A stretch of 58,965 bases of DNA, the filler included, from Catajapyx aquilonaris (lineage: Eukaryota): assembly GCA_000934665.2 (NCBI GenBank). It is 3 parts of 3 records of this genome, joined end to end, with 100 filler letters (N's around TTAATTAATTAA, not from the genome) between each part and the next. Parts side by side here need not be neighbours in the genome. Positions count along the whole stretch, not along the records: positions 1 to 19,575 come from KZ539535.1; positions 19,676 to 39,352 come from JYFJ02006444.1; 1 more part is not named here. One strand, given 5' to 3'. Numbering within the stretch: the stretch's first letter is position 1; each line of letters starts with the position of its first letter. Shown one piece after another: positions 12,801 through 24,500 of the stretch. Under the pieces are notes generated by a model, which was given only the letters and a program-made list of their open reading frames with translations, did no database searches and was not told the origin of the DNA. The position numbers and the translations under genes were made by a program.

Positions 12801-14881
12801 GAAGCGTGACCAGTCCTCATCTCCGAACCGGCCTCGCGGTCCATGGCCTCAGGTTCCCGTCATGGACGAACGAACGTACGCATCTTGGCCGATGGCCGAT
12901 GCCCGATATCGCGGGTCCAGCGCAATGGAACGTGTTTGACTACACGTATCCGGGTGACCACCAACTGGCGGAGGAGATGTCTCACCTCTTCCTGCAGCCT
13001 AGGCCCGTTCGTAGAGACTGCGATGGGGAGGTCCTCGAGGAGCCGGTGCCCAGCAGGCCAGAGCACTGGAACTCTGGTATTCGCTGACTCAAATTTTAGG
13101 TCGAAAATACAAGTAGTGTTAAGGGCCCCTGAAATAATTAAATTAATCAATGGAAGTTGGCTTCTTGAAAGATCTGTAGGGCCACAACATATGGGGAAGG
13201 TTGGGGATAGTGATTATTGTTAACTCATTGTTAGAAACTGGTACCAGCTGCTGGGAGTGGTTCCATCAGACCAGGCCACCATGGATGAGGAATTATCGGC
13301 ACAGGAGGGAGAGAATTAGCACTGAAGAAGTTGGTAAGTGTACCCCACATGTTGACCCCTGCAAAGACATGGTAAACTGCAATGGATTACTTGCTGTGGT
13401 CTGGTGTACACATTTCTTTATCTGCGTAAGGACCTGAAGCGCCACACATATATGCATTGTGTATTTTACGGCCATAAAATGTGTTGTGTTACATGTCACA
13501 TCAATACTGAAGAAGATGTACAACATGGGTAATAGTATCCCTGCTGACATTTGGTGACTTTTCACAATGACACCACAGTAGTTAAATAATAATGCAGGTG
13601 ACTCACATAAATGTGTTCAATATCCTTCCAGGGTACCGGTACTTGAAATTGTAATTCTCTCGTGATTGATTAAAATGGAAAGAGTATGGATGCATGCTCC
13701 TTATTGTTCTTTGCTAAAGGTTTTCCTCGTGCCTCAGATGATGGTTTGGATGAATTCAAACGAAGTAGCAGGGAGGAGCCGTATTCCCCAGAACCAGTAG
13801 CAAGCTCCTTTAACCATCAAGTGCTGGGCGCATCATCCCTGTACCATACCAGCACTCCAAGCAGCCTTGTGGATGTAAGCCTTACAAGCGAGGGATTTGC
13901 ATCAGGCGGGAGTGATGGTAGCCACAAGGGCACTTTTGCTGCCAGGGATGGGTTCCACAAAGGTATTTCCAGCAAGAGTGAGTACACCCATATAATTATA
14001 GCCTACTTCAAGTGAAATTTTTTGGGATAGCATCAGCAGATGTAATGAAATAAGCCATTCCACCCATAAAGGATTGGGACCTGGAGCGTGCAGCATCCTT
14101 GAGAATGAGGGACTTGGAGCAAGGTCTGCCAGGAACAATGAGATGACCAGCTATCCCAGTGAGATATGTGGGGACAGCGACAATGAGATGAGCAGCTCCT
14201 CTACAGTTCAGGCATCTCAGCCCAGGTCCAGCACCAAGATGAACAATGAAGGGTTGTGGGCTGTCAACAGCAGTGATGGCAGCAGCCATACTCTCAATGA
14301 CAAGCTATTGGCCTAGTATAGACAGCAGCAACTATGAGAGAATAAGCCAGCCCACCAGTTAGGGATTCAGTCCTAAACCCAAATATGATGGCAGTGGCCA
14401 CAACACTGGGGGCAGTCGTACCAGTGCAACTGCAAATGTGGCGCATGGCAGCACTAGCTTTCGGGGAACAGGTGCAGCTACAGCCCTGCCTTCAAGTGGA
14501 AATGGGGGAAAGGCACCAGGTCACAAAATGTTTTGCAAGGTTGGTAATTATAAACTAATTAATAATAATATTCTACATGAGACTGTAACTCATGCATTTA
14601 ACCCAGATATGCCTGAAAGATTTTTTGTTTAAATTTTGGTTTTTGTTTGATTTTATTAGTTCATGATAGTTCCCAAAACACAACAAAAATGATAAAAAAA
14701 ATTATGGAATGCTAGATTGTAAGAAAAGTGCCGTCCCCTATAGGGGACACTGGGCAAATGTAACATCTAGTATGGCTATACTGTATAGGCTGCTGCATTG
14801 AAATAAAGATGAAAGTGTTTTTTTAATTCATTGAAAAATATAGAGAAGGAATGTTATAGCTAAGACCCAGTGTCCTATATA

Positions 14882-15286
14882 CAGGGTGGTCCAACTTTTT
14901 TGTCCGAACAGCTATTGACAAATTCGGCCTAAGCTGCTTATGTTGTGGTGCGTTACCTGGCAACCCCGGCCGGCGGGCCAATTCAAACATCAGCACATGG
15001 AGACGAGTGCTAAGTGTTCTTTCCATTGTCATTGGCTTGTTCTTAGTAACATCATTATTTTCCCTGCTTATCCCTTGCTACTGATGTGTAAGCAGGCAGA
15101 GACCCGTCGCTGGGTCGTCCGCGTCACTCACTCGATTTGTAAACAGTGGCAACAATGGAAGCGCTCTCCATGGGCTGATGTTTGAATTGGCCCGCCGGAC
15201 AGGGTTGCCAGGTAACGCACTACAACATAAGCAGCTTAGGCCGAATTTGTCAATAGCTGTTCGGACAAAAAAGTTGGACCACCCTG
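14882..15286. mobile_element. Tc1/mariner-like MITE with about 115-bp TIRs
   Basis: ta-CAGGGTGGTCCAACTTTTTTGTCCGAACAGC... and ...GTTCGGACAAAAAAGTTGGACCACCCTG-ta; partial related end at about 24480-24532. Confidence 0.88.
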
Positions 15287-15505
15287 TATAGGACATCTAA
15301 ATTTTCAATAAGTGATTGCAACAAAAATATGAAATTCTGAAAAATGGCTTCTACACCTCCACAGAAGGTTCTTTCAAAGTATTACTAAATAATTGCACAA
15401 ATGGCTTCTCGGGTCTCAGGAGGGTATAGCGGAAACTTGCTCATTGCGGAATTTTACAGTCACTTGCTAGTCAGATATGTACAGGTTTCGCTGTATATAA
15501 ATATA

Positions 15506-16082
15506 CAGTGAACCCTGTCCACAACGGACCCTGTGTATAATGGAAACTTGCCTATTGCAGAATTTTTCTGGTAACTGGCGTATGAAAATCACACAATTTC
15601 CGCTATATTCGACGCGGAAATCGTGTACTTTCCATACGCCCGTTACCAGAAAAATTCCGCAATAGGCAAGTTTCGGTTACGTTCATGGTCCGTTATGGAC
15701 AGGATTCACTCTCGATAAATATGTAGTGAAACCTGTCCATAACGTATCCTGAGTGTTACAAAAACTTGTCCATTGCGAAATTTTTCCGGGAACGGGCGTA
15801 TGTATAGGACATAAATACCGTGTCGAATATAGCGGAAACGGCTGATATACCGTGCTATGTATATCCGACATCGAATGGTTCGCGCGCGATCCGCAACAAC
15901 AGCGCCACTTTTTTTCCTCCCCCACTCTCTGCCCACAATGCTTTGCGCCGTTGCAGCGTTCACTTGCACTCGTCTTACCCGTTTGGTGCTGATGACTATA
16001 GGAAAATCGTAATTTTCAGCGGAAACTTGTCAATTACGATTTTTCTAGGGCACCGTGCTATTCTGCTATACACAGGTTTCAC
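15506..16082. mobile_element. Two adjacent pogo/Tigger-like MITEs (CAGTGAAACCTGT family); another copy at 18468-18637
   Basis: Termini CAGTGAACCCTGTCC/GGACAGGATTCACT (15506-15710) and TAGTGAAACCTGT/ACAGGTTTCAC (15724-16082); ta-CAGTGAAACCTG...CAGGTTTCACTG-ta at 18468-18637. Confidence 0.7.
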
Positions 16083-17881
16083 CAGTGACGGATCTAGACG
16101 TCGTTGGTGGGGGGGGGGGGGGGGGGNNNNNNNNNNNNNNNNNNNNNNNNNNNNNNNNNNNNNNNNNNNNNNNNNNNNNNNNNNNNNNNNNNNNNNNNNN
16201 NNNNNNNNNNNCCCCCCCCCCCCCCCCCCCCCCCATAGATCCGCCACTGGGCTTCGAACCCAAAAGAGAAAGTTTGTATGCATGATGATGTTTGATTGTA
16301 CATGGCAATGGGTTACCAGCATAGCTACGATGGTTGCCATGGCAACCCAGTTGCCGGGTAACCCTCGTTTTAAAAATAGGGATTCATAAAAATTCAGTTC
16401 GACAAAACGCACAAAATCCGGACGCATACAGTAGCCTAGAGTACCGGTGCTTGACTTGCCGGTCCATTTGTGGTGCATTTGCCGAGTGTCCCTCATAGGG
16501 GACACCCGATTTCAACGCCACCCTCAGACAAGGAAAGTAAAAAATATGCATATATTTCCCCATGGACATCATCATTCATAAGTTTTCTAAGTATTACAAA
16601 CAAAAAATGACTCATAATGCTAATCAACATTCGAGAATTAATTACTAATCGTCTTCGGAACGTGGAGGTGCAGCCATTATTTCCTGCGTTAAAATTCAAA
16701 CACCTGTATCTTAAAAATCTGAAGCAATATTGAGCAGGTTTGAACTTGTATAGTTAGCTGGGACTCTACTGAAGCCCCCATCATTACTGCCAGCTCTGTA
16801 GTAGCAGCAGAACCTGTGCAAAAAATTAAAATGTAATAACTGTGCAGGTGTCCCCTATAGGGCACACTCGGCATATCTGGGTTAAGGATGCTCTCTCTGC
16901 AATTCTCAATGAATGCAATAGAAAATTTGCAAATTCATTATTAATTTTTATTATTTATTATTAGTATGATTCAATTACTGAGCCATTTAGTAGCAAGGTA
17001 ATGTGATATTTTATTGATAATGTATATATTCATGATGCTCCCTTCTATACTGCATGGGCCTCTGTTAATGTGTTTTTTGTTATGTATTATCAGTGGGGAT
17101 ATCTTTTTAAAATGGCTTTGTTTAGGATGCCCATGAATTGCATCAGTTCTAACTGAAACTTCTCGTTAGTAAGAGTAGGTCTCATGTAGTGTGTTTCAGG
17201 TGACAAATTTCTCGAGTGAGTGGGTCATTGTTGCTGTTTGATAGAGAGAGTAACTTGTAATGAATGTTATAGAAGTGTACATGCAAAAAAAAAAAATCTG
17301 TTTACATTGAAGGCACAGCTGTGTAGGCAGACACATTCATACACAGTAGATACTGTATATTCTATTGTCAGAAATGGTTTTTTTAAATGCATTATGCATC
17401 AATGCAAGCAACTAAAAATGCCCCTTTCTTCACACAAGAAAGTGCGAAATCATAAAATGTAATTAAAACTAGTAAGGTTTTTGATCCTAATGTTGGAAAA
17501 CAATTAGCTACTAAATATTTTGTGGAAATGACCTGCTGAAAATTTTACACTGACTATACAAAAAAACAAGTACAGGATATGGTAGGCTACTGCAGATGAG
17601 TGATATACAAGGTGTTTCATAATAATACTGACCAATGTCTAAGGTAAACGCTATGAGCAAGAGGATAACTTTTTGTAGGAGGTTTCATTTGTTCTAATGC
17701 ACTTTGATACCAGGTATAATTAGCTTTTAATATATACAGTATAGTGCAGCATATCCTGGAAGGTTTACATCCAACCATACACAGAGAGCTTGTAAAAACT
17801 ATGAATACTCTGAGGAACAGGTCAATGCATATGTAACCGTGGGATATCTCTGGTGCTAATTTGGAAGACACGTTTCATTGA

Positions 17882-18200
17882 GGGCAGCATGGTGGTGTAG
17901 TGATTAGCACCACAACCTTCCACCTCTGAGGTCCGAAGCTCAATCCCTGGATTGGACAGAGGATACTTGCAGTATGTAGATATCTATCCACATACTGCAA
18001 GTATAAATGAGATCCCATCGAAACTCTCTAGAGAGTTTCGATGGGATCTCATTCATGTGGGTTTTCTTGGGGTTCTCCCATTTCCTCACGCAATCAAAAT
18101 CCATTACAGGACATGCAATGATTACAAAATGTTCATGAAACGATGATCCCCTTAAAAAGGCTCAAGGAGGCCTATCATGGGGTATCCATTAACATTATAG
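17882..18200 (+). mobile_element. tRNA-derived SINE, family B (diverged copy)
   Basis: Similar to 40644-40916 across head, body and the GGGGTATCCATT tail. Confidence 0.75.
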
Positions 18201-21142
18201 ATCCATTCACTCTTTTCAGGATTGGATGTGCACATGTACAGGGTGCTTCTTAGCTGGAAATCATTCTTGGTTATCAGATGGTCATTTTATGTTCAAGTGC
18301 TGGTGGCATACAGACATACAGTCTTTCTACGAGGATAATTATCTTGTCTTACATAATCAGAGAGTAGTACAGTATTAATTATATACTATCATTCCTAGTC
18401 CAGGATTACTGCCTTTGACATTCTGATGGTTCCACATTTTAAATTAAAACTTCTGCTTATGGTGATACAGTGAAACCTGTGCATGGTGGAATCGATGGGA
18501 CCCTATAATTTTCCGAAAATGGACAAATTTCCACTGACACGGAATTCATGTCTTATGCATACGCCCATTCCAAGAAAGAAATCCGCAGTGGACAGGTTTC
18601 CGCTATACTGAGGGTCTGTTGTGGGCAGGTTTCACTGTACTAACATTTTAAATAGTCAAGCTTGCATGAATGGTCCTATATCTTTTCCAGATATTTTATA
18701 GTCCACCTTTTGTTTGTAGCCCATTGTAACGAGGCATTGCTGACAAAATAACAAAATTGATAATCTAAGAGTGACCCAAAATCACTCTAGAAGTTTTGTT
18801 GCTTTAATCAAGAGACACTACTCTGTATATGCACTTCATTTGAACGTGACCAAAAGCAATGGCCTCTCTCATTTTAGAACAATGGTGAGGAAGAATGTGA
18901 CTACAGGACCCACTACCTGAAGGATAAAGAGGGCAGGGTGACCTGCCCAATTCTATACAATTACACTTGCCCCATACGTTCTGCCACGAAGGAGGAGGCG
19001 GCACATACCGTCAAGTATTGCCCACGTAACCAAAAAGGAAACAACCCGACTTCTTCCATCTGTGGACAGACCATGCAAGCTGCTAGAGAGGCGCCAGACC
19101 TTACTCCTGGGAAGGTGAGACTGCTAGCACCCCGTTTCGCGAGCAGATCTCAGGACAACCCAGAACCCTCCAGCAGGATGACTTCCCAGCTTCCCAAATG
19201 CCATTCCGGTAAGGTGGATGGCAATGATAGTGCCTCTGACAGCAGGGTAGAAGATGAAGATGGAATGAAGGTGGTGGGCAAGGGAACGAAAAACAAGTCT
19301 AGCTTCTAGTTCAACGTCAGGCAGTGCCGGATCTACGAAATTTCGGAGGGGGGGCAGAAACCTTTCCTGCCGCCCCCCACCTCCACCCCCGCGGTTTGAA
19401 AGTTTGGTTTCATTTTGCTGACATGGATCTTCTGCACTTCAGGCAGTGGCGCATGCAAAATGTTCATTTGGGGGGGGAGAGCTGGCAGGCGAGGAAGCCC
19501 GCCGCAGGCGAAAATTTTTGTGTGTTCAAGGCCACACAAGCTGAGGATGCTAAATTTCTTTCTGCCAGAGAGAAANNNNNNNNNNNNNNNNNNNNNNNNN
19601 NNNNNNNNNNNNNNNNNNNTTAATTAATTAANNNNNNNNNNNNNNNNNNNNNNNNNNNNNNNNNNNNNNNNNNNNGTCATTCTTTATAAATCCAACCAAT
19701 GCACCGAATTTCATGAAAATCGGTGATGATTGAATTTTACGAGTTGAAATTTGGCAACCTCAAAAAAGGGTCACATGATCATTTTGAGCAGGTAACCTTA
19801 GGTGCGTTTTTCATCCCTTGGGGTGGGCTACCAATGCACCAAATTTCATGAAAATCGGCGAGTGACACTTTTCCTTGTAAGTTACTTCAAAATGGTCGAA
19901 TATAGCAGTTTATATAATATGGCACCTGGATCGGGGCGCAACAAGCTACAAAAAAGAGCGAAATTTCCTATAACTAAAGATACCATATTCTTGGATTTAC
20001 TTGGAACACCCTGTATATCTAAAGAGCCTGCCACAATGTACCAAGAAATCAAAAGAAGTGTCTATAGTGCATATTAGGAATCACAGAGATGTTGGAGCGA
20101 TGTGTTACTGTCTCGATTTTTTTAATTCCATTTTTTTCCTATTTTTATTTTTCAGGTACTTTGAACATGCCGTTAATGTGAAGCATTATAAAATGGACCA
20201 TCGTGACCTGTGCAGGCATTACTTCTTCCCCCCTGCCCTACCTGAACCTACTGTATCACTCCGTTATGCTGGGGATGTATTGCGATGACTGTCCTGTAGC
20301 CTAAGCATATATGGAGTCCCCAGGTTGCTTGTATTTTGCAATATTTTGCCAAAGGATGGTTTATATTTGTGTCACTTCTGTACACCAAGCCATATGTCGT
20401 GTTAAATATCTACAGTAAGACTACACGAGAATGTCAATGATAATACAATCTCATGTTCTAGTCAACCACATCTGTTGTTTTCATTTCGTCCGTGGTGGTT
20501 AACAATTTTTTGGTCACAAAGCGCCTATTTAAGTAGTCCTCTATAGCCTATAGAAGTATAGAAAGTCGCGGAGTTGGATTCAAATTGACCGCCTCCCTCT
20601 CACGGCCATTCATTCTGCGGTACCAAATTTGCTCACCAGGGGAGCTTTTTACCACTTTTTACCTGTGCGAAGTGCGAAGTCTGATGACATATGCAGTACT
20701 TGTCAACTTCCGTACCGACCACGGACTGGTACCGGTAGTAAACCACCTCTGGAGTGCGTATCGTCTTGATCAGCACCGGCCAGGGGTAGTGTAGGAGGCT
20801 CAAATGGTCAGGGGAGAACGTATTGTATGCTACATACCCAGGTGGTTGATGATCAGCATGTTCGAATTCGGTTAGGCTCTCAGGTCAAGGGCCCTGGTGC
20901 CAGCAATGGGTCACTCATCTGGCCAAGTGGTGGGGCAGGAGAGAGCGAGGGGTGGACTGCAAAAAGGATTTCACATTAAGAAGAGTATTGCGGCAGCATC
21001 AGACAGGTGAGACTGCGACCAAGTGTGTTGTGACTCCAGCTCTAGATGAGACTTAAACCCACTTTTTTCCAATTGTGAGTCTGACACGAAACCTGCCCAA
21101 TGTTTGAAATATCTTGACCTTCAATGTTATTAACTGAGCGAA

Positions 21143-21448
21143 GGGAGGCGAAGTGGTGCTGCAGTAACGTATGCACCCACGGATGTTGGGTTACCCCCTT
21201 CATCTTGTGCAGAGTTCGGGGTCATCTCTGGCTTCGTCTCGGGTGGTATCTCCATTAAGACAAACCACCCGGGGGGGTTCACAAAATGACCGCAGCAACA
21301 ACATCGCACTGCACCTTGCACATCCCTGCCTGTCAACCTGCCTGTGGGCCCGGGCGCATCAAACAAAGGTTCCAATGTACAAAACGGTACAATAAAGGTC
21401 CGTGCGATATACCCCAAGAGGGGTGAATGCAAGCACTACCCAGGAGGA
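21143..21448 (+). mobile_element. tRNA-derived SINE, family C
   Basis: Homologous to 38761-39092 and 47014-47330; imperfect TSD TTATTAAC(T)TGAG(C/T)GAAG on both sides. Confidence 0.8.
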
Positions 21449-21586
21449 TTATTAACTTGAGTGAAGAACGTAATTGTGATCTACATCCCAACATGTCAGT
21501 AGCAACAGGAAAAAGCCATGGCTGTTTTAAAAATGTGCAATACTCTTTGTTTCTCACCCTATATGTTTTACAGGTCTGCTGGTAAC

Positions 21587-24500
21587 ATGCAAGTGGAAGT
21601 GCGCAAGGTCTGCCCAGAGGAGTCTGATCTAAACATGGTGAGGGTAAATGTGCCGTGTCCAGTGGAAGGATGTGGGAAGATTATGCCACAAATGTCCAGC
21701 CTGCGTCTACATCTGAAGCTTAGGCATCGCATGACCCAGAATATGAAGGAAGGCTCCAAAATCACTGGGGCATCTCTAGTGTATCACTATCACTGTCCTG
21801 TGCCAAGTTGCATCTACAACATTAATTCAACGAGATTCTTTTCACAGATGAAAAACTTAAAGCAGGTATGTGATTGAAGGGAACATTTGTGACTGGATCA
21901 TGTTTAGTCAGGAGGGCATACAGTGAAAATTGAGTGTGAAAAGACAATGCAGTCCTAGGAGACATCATTAACCCCTTCACCCCCAGATCTAGGCGATGAG
22001 ATTGGGTGCGGTGTCGCAGGTTACTTGACTATGACTATCATAAAAGGGGGTCCTGACCCGAAAAAGGTTGGGAACCATTGCATTGGTGTAGAGCATGAAC
22101 GTGTAAGTATAGCTGTTATTTGTGAAATATTTTGTCCTTATCTTCAGAGAATGTGTAAGTTTAATGGAAGCGAATCTCATCGCCGGAGTAGTGGCTGGTG
22201 ACGAGGGGGAGGGGCAGGGGGCTTGTGTTTGACGAAGTACAGTACGGTAGTGCATAGTGTAATATTTAAATTTAATATTGAGTGTCTGTTTCTGAGGTTT
22301 AGGTTTATTCTCATGAGTTTTATTAGTTCATAATTCGAGGGTGATAGGTCAGAAGGGGGTATGAGCCTGTAAGGGAATTTTACATGAGAGGGAAAAAACG
22401 TTTCATTATTTCAATATTCATTATAATTTTGTAGCTTTTTTGTGCAGCACACATCTTATCTGCATTGAAACGTGTGTTTGCTTCACAAAAAAGTTGCAAA
22501 ATTATAATGAATATTGAAATAATGAAACTTTTTTCCCTCTCATGTAAAATTCCCTTACAGGCTCATACGCCCTTCTGACCTATCACCCTCGATTATGTTG
22601 GGTTAGCTTGCGTCTCCCTTCATCGCTGACTACCCCTCATAGGGAAATGTCGTGATGTTGTTGTTGTTGTTGTTGAATCTCATCGCCTAGATTCTGGGGG
22701 TGAAGGGGTTAAGTGCTATCTTGTTAAGCTTCCCACCTGTGGCTTTAAGCAGGGAGCAAGTGACTCCCCATAAAATAATCCTGAAGGGATCAACACACAG
22801 GCGGTTTTAGTATTAATTTGAGCTTTAAGGCCATTTACAAACTCACAAGGGAAGTGTCTGTAGGGCCATCGGCCAATCGGCCCGAAAATGACACTAGGGG
22901 TAAATCGCAGGCCAGAAATTCATTGGTGAAAGTAAAAAGTCGCATTAGCCAAGCGTTTTCGAGATATGGGCGACTATAGGTGCCCGGCAAACACGAATAA
23001 GTTATTATTTACTGAGCTTGTGACTATTAATTTTTCCGAATATGAAGCCATGGAGAGAGTAGGTAAGCATCGGCAGAAGAAAAAAAAGTAATACACTTCC
23101 CAGCAAGCTGTTTATTTATTCCTGTTGATTGCAAAAGGGAAGATATGCGGTGATAAACGGTGTTGGGGAAGAAAGAAAAAGAAAACGATGCTCCGAGACG
23201 AGAGAGGGAGGGGGGGAAAAAAAGTCGCTTCCCGCGGACTTGAACGCGGAGGCTTCGGATCATGACGCGGACGCGCTACCGACTGAGCCACGAAGACTGT
23301 TTATAATTTCTCCTGCCGAATGCGCCCCATTGTCACCGAGCAGGTTTGCCGGGCACCTATAGTCGCCCATATCTCGAAAACGCTTGGCTAATGCGACTTT
23401 TTACTTTCACCAATGAATTTCTGGCCTGCGATTTACCCCAAGTGTCATTTTCGGGCCGATTGGCCGATGGCCCTACAGACACTTCCCTTGTCAGTGCTGC
23501 AAGAGCAGGGTGTGTGGAGCACGGAAAACTTGCGAGGGGGCTATTCACAAATTCACAACAACGATTTCAGTCTGGCAACACTGCCAGACTGAAATCGTTG
23601 TTTATTTCTCAACAATCACAGTTGACAATATTCGCAACAATAATCAGTGCCAATGGCAACAGCCACAACAACATGTATGATGACGCAATGGGGGCCTCAA
23701 GGCGGGTGTGACGTCATGAAACTTCCGAAATCTTAAGGGAGTCATACGCAAAAACTATGCAAGTTAGCCCAAAATACTTCCACATCCCTATATTAGTTTT
23801 GCGAGTCCTATCAGGCTACGTGGCCACTTTCCGCAGGTTTTTGAGCACCCTGTATATCTCCTCCTACTCAAACTTACCAATGTTACCATTTAGAGTCCTT
23901 CGGATATTTTTCAGATGTTCAGATGTCATGACCTGACTTGGACTATACCACAGTTATTTGCTTGTTGTTAAAGGTGGTGTCAACCAAGTAACAAATGGAG
24001 TGAAGTGTGATACACGTAACCTAATGTTATGACACTTTTTTTTCAACAATGGTTTTGGTGTAGTACATCCCTCGGGGAATTTTACATGGGATTTTACATG
24101 CTTTTGTATGTTTGCAGCACTACCTGAAAGTTCATGCTCAGAAGAACATGAAGTGCAGCAAATGTGAGAGTAGCTTTGCCACTGCGGCTATGCTTAGAGC
24201 TCATGCGCAGAATTGTGGGATGCAATTCAACTGTTCCTGTGGTGCCACGTATAAATCATATGAGGCTCTTCAGACTCACACGAGGCGCACTGGACATGAA
24301 CACACTACTCGTCGAAGGTAATTTATTTGCAGTTAACTTCTAATGAATGTAACTTATCAGTACGGTATACAAAATCCAGTTGTAATGCATCACAGTCTTA
24401 TGAATCAACCCATGAATTTTTGTCAGAGCCCCTTTGCATAGGTTTCATATTGCGAACTTAATGACTACAATATAAGTAGCTAAGGCTGAATTTGTCAATA

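Larger units (their letters stand above)
14602..16881. mobile_element. piggyBac-like non-autonomous element hosting nested MITEs (in the nanos-like intron)
   Basis: TTAA-CCCAGATATGCC ... GGCATATCTGGG-TTAA; subterminal GTCCCCTATAGGG(G)ACAC palindromes. Spans an N gap. Confidence 0.75.
12797..19309 (+). pseudogene. nos: nanos-like CCHC zinc-finger gene, degenerate. Putative exons about 12797-13077, about 13720-14539 and 18878-19309
   Basis: Splicing 14539|gttggt to ttttag|18878 gives KMFCK-NNGEEECDYRTHYLKDKEGRVTCPILYNYTCPIRSATKEEAAHTVKYCP, the Nanos domain with exact C-x12-H-x10-C-x7-C spacing. The first Cys is missing, Cys>Arg at 18977, and the upstream exon has stops (14314, 14335) and frameshifts. 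Exon 1 assignment is tentative. Confidence 0.82.

Noticed and set aside
19576..19675. TTAATTAATTAA embedded in the middle of an N run (also at 39397-39408)
   Set aside because: Artificial all-frame-stop spacer inserted at contig joins; not biological. Adjacency across these gaps is uncertain.
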